From Faecousia sp. (GTDB lineage Bacteria; Bacillota; Clostridia; Oscillospirales; Oscillospiraceae), in contig JAZSEN010000057.1 of assembly GCA_045531675.1 (NCBI GenBank), forward strand, positions 10,143-74,142: a stretch of 64,000 nt of DNA, written 5' to 3'. Below, piece after piece: positions 6,682-14,977 of this stretch (position 1 is its first letter; the number at the start of each line of letters is the position of its first letter). The translations under genes were made by a program, and so were the position numbers. Under the pieces are notes generated by a model. It ran no database searches and was not told where the DNA came from. It worked only from the letters and a program-made list of their open reading frames with translations.

Positions 6682-7130
6682 TATCTGAGAAGTTAGCTGA
6701 CTTTTTCTCTCAGTTGAAAAATGCTATTGCTAACTTGCCTTCTGCTATCCTTTCAGGTATAAAGAATATTTTCTTCCCTGATATGGAAGATATGAAAACA
6801 GAGTTTTTAGCCTTTCTTGAAAAGATAAATCCTCCTATTAGTGATACGTCCGAAATCGAATCCGTTGGTGGCCTGTTGGATGTCGAATCTTCCGAGCCTG
6901 TCGATGTAACGTCGGATATTCAAATAGGGTCAATCCAATTCAGTAATTTGAAGTTTATGGACTTAACCTATTTTAAGCAAGGCATAGTTTTCTTTAGACC
7001 GCTTATAAATGGCTTTTTGGGTTGGTTGCTTGGTATGTTTTATTACAATCAATTTCTTGCCTTTATTGGTCAAGCGCCAGCAATGGTCAAGGCTCATAAC
7101 GCTTCTGTTGCCAGCGAAAGCAATGATTGA
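6510..7130 (+). CDS. -1 frame extension of the adhesin (pIII-like C-terminal part; fusion about 467 aa)
   Basis: Frame open from 6501 (TGA at 6498-6500) to 7130; Ser/Gly linker, amphipathic repeats WLSNVVSGLETVWKAITDLP, C-terminal hydrophobic segment. Confidence 0.7.
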   Translation, partial: SVAPLDYGIQLSAEGSTSGTTSGGWSDDNSGTLWGWLSNVVSGLETVWKAITDLPQMISEKLADFFSQLKNAIANLPSAILSGIKNIFFPDMEDMKTEFLAFLEKINPPISDTSEIESVGGLLDVESSEPVDVTSDIQIGSIQFSNLKFMDLTYFKQGIVFFRPLINGFLGWLLGMFYYNQFLAFIGQAPAMVKAHNASVASESND

Positions 7131-7142
7131 CGGAGGTGTCTT

Positions 7143-7388
7143 ATGGTAATTCAGGCAATTTTCGACTTTGGTCTATGGTTGTTCGGTTTGATTGCGGAAG
7201 TGCTGCCGTCTACTGCTCCTGCTATTTATGACATTTCTACTACATTGGGCGGTGTTCTTTCGTTTGGCGTTTGGGTTATTGGCGAAGATATGTGGCTTGC
7301 TATTCTTGGCTCGATTTCTGGTTGGTTGCTTTTCAAGCTTACATGGGGTATTGTTCTCTTTATTTATCGTCTTATTCCGCTAACGTGA
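7143..7388 (+). CDS. pVI-like hydrophobic minor coat protein (81 aa)
   Basis: Very hydrophobic, ends YRLIP, lies between adhesin and pI; GGAGGT RBS. Confidence 0.75.
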   Translation: MVIQAIFDFGLWLFGLIAEVLPSTAPAIYDISTTLGGVLSFGVWVIGEDMWLAILGSISGWLLFKLTWGIVLFIYRLIPLT

Positions 7389-7445
7389 TGATGGCACGGG
7401 CACCTTTAGTGCCGTGCCATCATTAGCGGAGCTTTTGGAGGTTCT

Positions 7446-8144
7446 ATGTTACTTGTTATTTTTAAGTTTATTCTCTTCTTCCCTTACTTTCTGTTGCGTT
7501 CATTGAAAGATAAAAAGAATCGTGGTGCTCATCTTTATGGCATTTATGGCTATTTCGGTTTACCCGGTAAAGGTAAAACCATGGCTATGTGTAATGAGTT
7601 GCGTCGACTTCGAAAGGAGTATGGCAAGCAAATCTATATAATGACTAACTTCTGCTATGAAGATGAAGATTTTACTTTTAAGGGTTGGAAAGATTTGTTG
7701 AAGGAATACGATAAACCTTTGGTTTGTGCTTGGGATGAGGTTCAAAATGAGTTCAATAGTCGTGACTTTAAGACTTTCCCCATTTCCCTTTTGACATTGC
7801 TAACACAAGTCCGAAAGAAAAATGGTATTCAAATTCTTTATACCTCGCAACGTTGGCATTTCGTCGATAAAAACTTCCGTTCTTTGTCCTTTGGTTGCTA
7901 TGAGTGTAATACGATTTTAGGATGCTTCACTATTACTCGTTTGTATGATCCTGTCGATTATGACAATCTTTGCTCTAATTCAGATTATGATAAACGTCGG
8001 CGTATTCGTGCGATTCGTACTGATAGCTTTATTCAGTCCGAATCCCTCCGTAATTGTTATGACAGTTATCGTATGCTTGAATCCGCAAAAAGTAAGGAGT
8101 ATATGGATCGTGAAGAGTCCGCTCGTTCCCGTTCTGCGGAATAA
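7446..8144 (+). CDS. pI/Zot-like morphogenesis ATPase with N-terminal TM
   Basis: Walker A GLPGKGKT, Walker B WDEVQ, TQVRK and YTSQ..VDK..R motifs; hydrophobic N-terminus. Confidence 0.9.
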   Translation: MLLVIFKFILFFPYFLLRSLKDKKNRGAHLYGIYGYFGLPGKGKTMAMCNELRRLRKEYGKQIYIMTNFCYEDEDFTFKGWKDLLKEYDKPLVCAWDEVQNEFNSRDFKTFPISLLTLLTQVRKKNGIQILYTSQRWHFVDKNFRSLSFGCYECNTILGCFTITRLYDPVDYDNLCSNSDYDKRRRIRAIRTDSFIQSESLRNCYDSYRMLESAKSKEYMDREESARSRSAE

Positions 8145-8149
8145 TCGTT

Positions 8150-8182
8150 GAACGACAGAAAAAAATATATTTTGTTGCGTTC
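8150..8182. other. attR: degenerate dif-like site
   Basis: GAACGACAGAAAAA-AATATA-TTTTGTTGCGTTC; right arm identical to attL. Confidence 0.75.
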
Positions 8183-8339
8183 ATCTGGTCCACCATTACA
8201 TTTCAAATCCAGGCTTTATCTTTGCTCCCCCGTTATGTTGAGTAGTCAAAAACCTGGATTTGATGCTGTATCTGCAATTCTCATCTTCATATATTTAGGT
8301 GTAATCAAGGAATTGGATTGTCCTCTTCTTATGAGCTCA

Positions 8340-8861
8340 TCATTTTACGATGTCCTCTAATTTGATACTGTACGAATCATCCAGTAGAATATATCGACAG
8401 TTAGTCTCTTGACACAGCCGTAGATTTCGCTCGTTTTGGTCTATCAACGCAGCTTTATTAAGACCGCTATCATCCAGCCGCAGTTCAATGGCATTTCCAT
8501 GGTTTCTAATGTCCTCGAAGTGATTTTCGATATATGTTCGGGACAGAATCAGGCAGCGGTAGCGAATGTGAGAAAGGTATTCCGGCTCAAGGTCCTTCTT
8601 CCAGTCAAAGGGGATGTAGCACCCTTCTACGATCAGATTCTGTCTGTTTTCAATGGCGGTCTTTATCATTTCCCGGACAATGGGCCAGAGGTAGTCCGTC
8701 AGCTTGTCATCGTCCATAGGGGGCAAATCCGTGTTGCCACTGCGGATTAGCCCCATTTTCAGGTGGTCGATGGACAGATAAGGGTAATGGTATTTCTCCA
8801 AAAGTCGCTGCGCCAGTACGGTCTTTCCGGTATGACTGGCTCCGCCGATTAAGATAATCAT
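8340..8861 (-). CDS. P-loop kinase (adenylate/2-phosphoglycerate kinase-like)
   Basis: GGASHTGKT P-loop, SIDHLKMGL, IVEG. Confidence 0.8.
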   Translation of the reverse strand: MIILIGGASHTGKTVLAQRLLEKYHYPYLSIDHLKMGLIRSGNTDLPPMDDDKLTDYLWPIVREMIKTAIENRQNLIVEGCYIPFDWKKDLEPEYLSHIRYRCLILSRTYIENHFEDIRNHGNAIELRLDDSGLNKAALIDQNERNLRLCQETNCRYILLDDSYSIKLEDIVK

Positions 8862-8873
8862 TTTTCCATCTCC

Positions 8874-9314
8874 TTACAGCCATTGGATGAAGGCTGTCTT
8901 ATCTGCGCTGTTATACCCTGCGCTTTGATAGAATGCCATCGTTTCCGGGGATTTGGATCCGGTGAGAAGCATCATTTTGTAGCAGCTTTCTTTCTGTGCC
9001 AGTTCCCTTGCGTAGTTCAGGCAGGCGGTTGCGTAGCCCTTGCCACGGTAATCGGCATGAGTGACCACATTCTCAACAAAGGCATAAGGGCGTACACCTC
9101 GGGTCAGATTTGGAATGATGACACAGACACAGGAGGACACAATCTTCTCATCCACCTCGCAAACAATCAGATGGTGGTCATCGTCTGACACAATCTTCCG
9201 CCATGTACGGCGCATTTCCTCCGACTCTTCTGGCACAACGGTTTCATGCAGATGCAGATAAAGTTCCAAAATCTGCGACAATTCTTCAAATCTAGCTTCA
9301 CGAATGGCAATCAT
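8874..9314 (-). CDS. GNAT family N-acetyltransferase (GNA1-like)
   Basis: VENVVTHADYRGKGYA acetyl-CoA motif, FYQSAGY. Confidence 0.9.
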   Translation of the reverse strand: MIAIREARFEELSQILELYLHLHETVVPEESEEMRRTWRKIVSDDDHHLIVCEVDEKIVSSCVCVIIPNLTRGVRPYAFVENVVTHADYRGKGYATACLNYARELAQKESCYKMMLLTGSKSPETMAFYQSAGYNSADKTAFIQWL

Positions 9315-9607
9315 AATTTCAGTTCCTTCAAGTACATGATTTCATCTGCTTCCTGTTCCGGGGGCAGGAATGCACCGATACGGTGGAAACCCAGCATCTC
9401 ATAGAAATGCTTGGCGGTTTCATCCTCTTGGGTGGAAAGCATCACATAGGGATAATCCATGCGTTTCATGGTCTCTTCCCACTCCGTCATCATCTTACCA
9501 TAAATCAGGCTATTATCAATGCTCGTACTAATCTTATCGTGCTGAATGTGCCGATCATATTTCAAAATCTGCTTTTTATCCTGTGCTACAGCTAACCGTA
9601 TTACCAT
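9311..9607 (-). pseudogene. GNAT acetyltransferase with apparent internal in-frame deletion (98 aa)
   Basis: N-terminal MVIRLA and C-terminal STQEDETAKHFYEMLGF present; central strands and the R/QxxGxG motif absent. Confidence 0.55.
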
Positions 9608-9851
9608 TGTTAACTCCCCTTCCCTATCGTCTAAAAGAATTATATCATAGCGCATGATATTGTCAATCGAACATGCTGAATACGAAGCCATACCGGAGCT
9701 GATAGTGGTTCGGAAAGTGATGTTAGGCGCTTCCCCCTCCCTCGACAGTAATCATGACATTTAGCAAATTTTTTCATAAAATACCTTTACATTTCAGGAT
9801 ATCAACGATACAATATAACCATCAACTATAGAAATTCTGGAGGGTTTCCCT

Positions 9852-10823
9852 ATGAATGTTAAAAGAATCGGCGTTCTCACCAGCGGCGGTGACGCCCCCG
9901 GCATGAATCCATGTGTTCGTGCTGTTGTTCGTACAGCTTTGTATCATGGCGTAGAGTGTTATGGTATTCGTCGCGGCTGGAATGGTCTGATTACCGGCGA
10001 CATCATTAAACTTGACGAGAAAAGCGTCTCTCATACTATTAACCGCGGCGGCACAATCCTTTATACAGCACGCAGCAAGGACTTTATGACCGAGGAAGGT
10101 CAACGCAAAGCTGTTTCCACCTGTAAGTTCCTGGGTCTGGATAGTATTATCGCCATCGGCGGTGATGGTACGTTCCGTGGTGCCCGCGCTCTTTCTAAAT
10201 ACGGAATCAATGTAATTGGTATCCCCGGTACCATCGATAATGACATCAATTGCACTCATTATTGCATTGGTTTTGATACAGCTGCCAATACGGCCATTCA
10301 GTGCATCGATAAGCTCCGCGACACCATGCAGTCCCATGAGCGTTGTTCTGTTGTGGAAGTTATGGGTCGCAATGCCGGTTACCTTGCAATGTATGTTGGT
10401 CTGGCTGTTGGCGCCACAGCGGTCCTTGTGCCCGAAAAACCCATTGACTTTGAGCGCGACGTAATTGAAAAGATTCGTCAGGCTCGCTTTAACGGTTTTA
10501 CGCATTATATGATTGTTGTTGCAGAAGGCGCTGGCTCTGCCAGTGATATTGCTGCGAAGATTAAGGAAGCTATTGATTTGGATCCCCGTGTTACTGTGCT
10601 CGGTCATATTCAGCGCGGCGGTGTTCCCAATGCACGCGATCGTGTCAATGCTACCAAGATGGGTTATCTGGCCGTAGAACTTCTTCTTGCAGGTAAAACC
10701 AACCGGATTGTATGTACTCATGATGGCGGTTACACCGATGTTGACATTGACGAAGGTCTGGCAATGAAGAAAAGCATTCAGCAAATCGAGGTAGATGTTC
10801 TGGCTGCTATGACTGGCATTTAA
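9852..10823 (+). CDS. pfkA: 6-phosphofructokinase
   Basis: TSGGDAPGMN, GGDGT, PGTIDND, EVMGR, LGHIQRGG. Confidence 0.97.
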   Translation: MNVKRIGVLTSGGDAPGMNPCVRAVVRTALYHGVECYGIRRGWNGLITGDIIKLDEKSVSHTINRGGTILYTARSKDFMTEEGQRKAVSTCKFLGLDSIIAIGGDGTFRGARALSKYGINVIGIPGTIDNDINCTHYCIGFDTAANTAIQCIDKLRDTMQSHERCSVVEVMGRNAGYLAMYVGLAVGATAVLVPEKPIDFERDVIEKIRQARFNGFTHYMIVVAEGAGSASDIAAKIKEAIDLDPRVTVLGHIQRGGVPNARDRVNATKMGYLAVELLLAGKTNRIVCTHDGGYTDVDIDEGLAMKKSIQQIEVDVLAAMTGI

Positions 10824-10842
10824 CCTCTTCCTTTATAATTTT

Positions 10843-10909
10843 GCGCCCATTCTCGTATGAGAATGGGCGCTTAAAACCGGTCTGTTTGTAACGAAAACAG
10901 ACCGGTTTT
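10843..10909. terminator. Two adjacent hairpins between convergent pfkA and xerD
   Basis: GCGCCCATTCTC/GAGAATGGGCGC (10843-10870) and AAAACCGGTCTGTTT/AAACAGACCGGTTTT (10873-10909). Confidence 0.8.
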
Positions 10910-11790
10910 TATGCTTTAGGATGACACTTTTCATAGACAGCTTTCAGCTTTTTATCGACTAAATGCGTATACATTTGAGTTGAGGAAATATCACAATGTC
11001 CCATCAATTCCTGCAGAGATCCCAAATCCGCACCGTTTTCCAAAAGATGAACAGCAAAGCTGTGACGTAACGTATGAGGAGTGATTTCCTTTTCGATATG
11101 TGCAGAAGCTTGATATTGCTTAAGGATTTTCCAGAATCCCTGTCGTGTCATTCGAATACCGTTGATATTAACAAATAACGCTTTTTCATCAGGAGAAGCA
11201 ATCAGTGTATCACGAATGTCACGGATGTACGCCGTCAATGCCCGAAGAGCGCCTGGATAGAGCGGAATGGCACGGGATTTCTTTGTGCCGGAACATTTAA
11301 TAATGCCGACACTCAAATTTACATCGTCCACATCCAGCTCAATCATTTCAGAAACACGCATTCCAGTGGCATACATAACCTCGAGCATTGCCTTATCACG
11401 ATACCCCTTGGCATCGATACAACTAGGTTGAGCGAGAAGCAGCTCAATCTCCCTTCCGGATAAAACCTGCGGAAGTTTTTTCTCCCCCCGATCTATATGA
11501 ATATCCACGACAGGTGTCTTATTCAGGAATCCAGAAGTCACCAGATAGGCATAAAAGTTTTTCAGACTGGCCAGACAACGGGACAGCGTTGCACCGGAAC
11601 GTCCCTCCGACTCCAAACGAGAAAGGTAGACGCTGATATTCTGTTGTGTAACATCCAAAATCGCCAAATCCTCATCATGAATCCATTCAGCGAACTGCCG
11701 GATGTCACGCATATAGGAGGACACGGTGTTGGAGGATGCCCGCTTTACCTTGGAGAGGTAATTCTCATAAGCACCAATTAAATCCAACAT
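10909..11790 (-). CDS. xerD: Tyrosine recombinase XerD-like
   Basis: YATGMRVSE, MTRQGFWK, TPHTLRHSFAVHLLENGADL, MGH..ISSTQMY; downstream of spoIIM; start moved to ATG 11790. Confidence 0.88.
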   Translation of the reverse strand: MLDLIGAYENYLSKVKRASSNTVSSYMRDIRQFAEWIHDEDLAILDVTQQNISVYLSRLESEGRSGATLSRCLASLKNFYAYLVTSGFLNKTPVVDIHIDRGEKKLPQVLSGREIELLLAQPSCIDAKGYRDKAMLEVMYATGMRVSEMIELDVDDVNLSVGIIKCSGTKKSRAIPLYPGALRALTAYIRDIRDTLIASPDEKALFVNINGIRMTRQGFWKILKQYQASAHIEKEITPHTLRHSFAVHLLENGADLGSLQELMGHCDISSTQMYTHLVDKKLKAVYEKCHPKA

Positions 11791-11813
11791 GAGGGTCGCA
11801 TACCTTTCTAATA

Positions 11814-12341
11814 TTATTGAAACAACATTGCTAAAAACGGAGAGATGAAACAGTAATCCAGACAAACAACCATAGCAATCAACAAAAACAAAATAGTTAC
11901 ATCCTTGCGAATTGGAACAGTAGTATCAGAAATGTGCCTCAATGAAAACCAAAACAACATCGGAATTGTAAGGCAGTCCGTAAACAGTAGCAAGAAACGA
12001 ATCAGCCATGCACTATGATGAAAAGTCAGGCCAACACCACTCGCACAAAAACCAAAAGCAAAAGCTTTTGCGCCGCTTATCAAAGGTAACATCCATGGTT
12101 GGCAAGTCATAACGGCAAAGACTGTAAATAGTAATGGTAAGAACCCTGCTACAAGCAATCCGGAAATTGAAGCCTTGTTGTCAACAATACTTCGGATTAA
12201 TAAACCAAGGCTGTCACCACAGGAAACTGCAGAAATAATACCGGTAATAAACCCGATAATCCACACTAGATTCAGTAATAATTTGCAATAACGATGCCAG
12301 AAGTTGCTGATAATAGAGAAAAGAAATAAACGCCTTGTCAT
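11814..12341 (-). CDS. spoIIM: Stage II sporulation protein M-like membrane protein
   Basis: Multi-TM protein directly upstream of xerD (conserved Firmicutes synteny); weak sequence recognition. Confidence 0.55.
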   Translation of the reverse strand: MTRRLFLFSIISNFWHRYCKLLLNLVWIIGFITGIISAVSCGDSLGLLIRSIVDNKASISGLLVAGFLPLLFTVFAVMTCQPWMLPLISGAKAFAFGFCASGVGLTFHHSAWLIRFLLLFTDCLTIPMLFWFSLRHISDTTVPIRKDVTILFLLIAMVVCLDYCFISPFLAMLFQ

Positions 12342-12692
12342 GTGACCTCCCATCCCTGAAAACAATCATCATGGAGCACAATCCAAGGCCTGCCAATGGC
12401 GATTACTGAAATCATTGGAAACTCTGCTTGAATACTATACTCCATAAAATAATGATTTTCAAGGGAAAATGAATAAGTTTCGCATTTTTGTAAATTATGC
12501 TGATTTTTATGTAAACGTCATTATGTAAACCATGTAAACTATTTCGCGTAAATATGTATTTTGGCTGAATGCGCAACTATATTTGGGGTTAGACTTCGTT
12601 ACTCATACACCAAATGTTGTTTTTGCAAGAAAACTTGCAGGTATTGGCCGACGGGCAATGTGCATTCCCCCGCCGGCTCGTTTTTGTACAAC

Positions 12693-13127
12693 TTAACGAG
12701 AATAGTATTTTTTGTGTTTTTTTGACCCCCTCCTATCCCCTTTCGCACCCATTATTCCAATGGTACATGCGCCGACGAAAACCAATAGAAGTGACAAGGC
12801 CATTGCGTTAAACTGGCCGCCAAAAAACAAAATATTGATTACTAATAGTGACAAATAGTATGCTCCACCGGTAATCAGACAAACCTGCATCCTTCTTCTT
12901 TTAATCAGCCAAACAGAGATGAAAGCTCCTACAGCTGCCGACAACGGTAATACCGCCATTGCCCAATAACCGATGGATGCTTCAGCGATTTTTTCGTTAA
13001 GCACCAGTTGCGTAACTATTACAGCGATTAGCAACGTTGTTACAAGTGCAATTATCGATCCCAGTGCGATGCCCGCCGGCATTGACATAGCTTTCCCGCC
13101 CGGCTTTTTATTTGTAATCATACCCAT
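12693..13127 (-). CDS. Four-TM membrane protein (TIGR04086-like)
   Basis: Four hydrophobic helices and a basic C-tail. Confidence 0.65.
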   Translation of the reverse strand: MGMITNKKPGGKAMSMPAGIALGSIIALVTTLLIAVIVTQLVLNEKIAEASIGYWAMAVLPLSAAVGAFISVWLIKRRRMQVCLITGGAYYLSLLVINILFFGGQFNAMALSLLLVFVGACTIGIMGAKGDRRGSKKHKKYYSR

Positions 13128-13211
13128 CTCCCCTTTCGATGCAAGAGTATGTACATTCTAAATAAAAAAGAACCGGAGCAGTTCATAACCGCTCCGGTTT
13201 CTGGATTAGAT

Positions 13212-14909
13212 TTACTTAGACATCTGGGCAACAATGGCATCCAGCTGCGCCTTGGCTGCTTCTTTGGTAGCACCAACTGCAGTATAGTAGAACTTGACCT
13301 TCGGCTCCGTACCAGAGGGACGGGCAATCACAGTACCCTTATCGCCCAACAAGAACTCAAGCACATTGGACTTGGGCAAGTCAATGACGGTTTCCGCACC
13401 ACTGACCAAATCCTTTGCAATACTGGACTTGTAGTCACGGACACCAGTCACAGCAGCACCACCGATGGTTGCAGGCACGTTGGCGCGCAGGTCAGCCATC
13501 ATGTTGGCAGCCTTCTCCATAGCGTCGGCGCCGGTCAGCTCAATGCTCTGAACGGCAGCAAGATAGTAGCCGTAGGTCTTGTAGACATCCTCAAGGGCAT
13601 CCAGAATGTTTTTGCCTTCTTTCTTCAAAGAAGCCGCCAGCTCGCAAACCAGCATAGAAGCCACAATGGCGTCCTTATCTCGGGCGTAGGTTCCCTTCAG
13701 GTAGCCGCAGCTTTCCTCAAAACCGAACATAAATTTATGTTCCTCGTTCTTCTGCTCCAGCGTCAGAATTTCGCCACCGATATACTTAAAGCCAGTGAGG
13801 ACCGCCTTCATGGTTACGCCATAGTGAGCAGCGATTCGATCAGCCAGAGGGGAAGAAACGATGGAACGAACCGTGATTGCCCCCTCAGGAATGGTGTTCT
13901 TGGCGGTACGAGCCTTCAGAACGTAATCCAGAAGCATGAATCCCAACTCATTGCCAGACAGCTTGGTGTAGCCGCCCTGACCATTAGGAACAGCAATTGC
14001 CACACGATCGGCATCCGGATCGGTGCCCAGAATCACATCACAGGGCGCGGTTGCAGCAACCTTGTAGCTTTCGTTCAAAGCCGCATCGGTTTCGGGGTTG
14101 GGATACTCACAGGTCTTGAAATCACCATCAGGCTTGGCCTGACATGCAACTGTGGTGATGTTCACATTCAGCTTGCCCAGAACAGCATGCACAGGTTCCA
14201 TACCGGTACCACACAGAGGTGTGTATACGATATTCAAACCGGCATTTTTCAGCATTTCAGGGTCGACAGCTTCATTCAGGACGGTTTCGTAATACTTTTC
14301 CCACAAATCCTGACCAATATAGGTAATCTTGCCCTCCGCCATATATTCATCGAAGGATTTGGTCTCGGGCACAAAGAAAGGAATCTCGCTGATTTTGGCA
14401 GTAACGATAGCAGCAGGCTCATCCGTCATCTGGCAGCCATCAGGACCGTAGCATTTGACACCGTTGTAAGCACCTGCATTGTGGCTGGCCGAAATGACAA
14501 TACCGCAACCGCAGCCCAGCTGACGTACGGCAAAGCTGAGCATAGGCGTGGGCGCCAGACGGTCATACAGCCAAGTGTGAATACCGGCTTCAGCAAAAGC
14601 CACAGCGCAAACCTCAGCAAAAAGCTGAGAGTTGTGACGGGAGTCGTAGCCGATAGCGGCCTCCTTGGGAAGGTCGGTGGATGCCAGCCATGCAGCCATA
14701 CCCTGAGCAGCTCTGCGAACAGTGTAGCGGTTCAGACGATTGCTGCCAGCACCCATGATTCCGCGCATACCGGCAGTACCAAACTGCAAATCACTGCCAA
14801 AGCGACCCTTCAGCTCTTCGGTGTCATTCTTAATGGCTTCCAGCTCCTGCTGAACATCCGAAGGAAGTCCAGCCTCGCACCAGAAGTTGTAACGGTCCAT
14901 ATAGTTCAT
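13212..14909 (-). CDS. pgm: Phosphoglucomutase/phosphomannomutase
   Basis: FGTAGMRG, ISASHN, TDPDADR, GFEESCG, RPSGTEPK. Confidence 0.93.
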   Translation of the reverse strand: MNYMDRYNFWCEAGLPSDVQQELEAIKNDTEELKGRFGSDLQFGTAGMRGIMGAGSNRLNRYTVRRAAQGMAAWLASTDLPKEAAIGYDSRHNSQLFAEVCAVAFAEAGIHTWLYDRLAPTPMLSFAVRQLGCGCGIVISASHNAGAYNGVKCYGPDGCQMTDEPAAIVTAKISEIPFFVPETKSFDEYMAEGKITYIGQDLWEKYYETVLNEAVDPEMLKNAGLNIVYTPLCGTGMEPVHAVLGKLNVNITTVACQAKPDGDFKTCEYPNPETDAALNESYKVAATAPCDVILGTDPDADRVAIAVPNGQGGYTKLSGNELGFMLLDYVLKARTAKNTIPEGAITVRSIVSSPLADRIAAHYGVTMKAVLTGFKYIGGEILTLEQKNEEHKFMFGFEESCGYLKGTYARDKDAIVASMLVCELAASLKKEGKNILDALEDVYKTYGYYLAAVQSIELTGADAMEKAANMMADLRANVPATIGGAAVTGVRDYKSSIAKDLVSGAETVIDLPKSNVLEFLLGDKGTVIARPSGTEPKVKFYYTAVGATKEAAKAQLDAIVAQMSK

Positions 14910-14977
14910 AATTGTATATCCTCCATCCATGAAAACAGCTCAAAAGCAAAACTTTTGAGCTGTTACCATTCATATTA

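Larger units (their letters stand above)
1181..8182 (+). mobile_element. Integrated filamentous (inovirus-like) prophage, about 6.99 kb, no own integrase
   Basis: 15-bp direct repeat TATTTTGTTGCGTTC at 1181-1195 and 8168-8182; HUH Rep, SSB-like ORF, cluster of tiny TM proteins, adhesin, pVI-like gene and pI/Zot ATPase in typical order; T-rich plus strand. Confidence 0.9.

Noticed and set aside
7446-8144. Zonula occludens toxin as a virulence factor
   Set aside because: Only the ATPase domain is present, with no C-terminal toxin region; context indicates phage morphogenesis.
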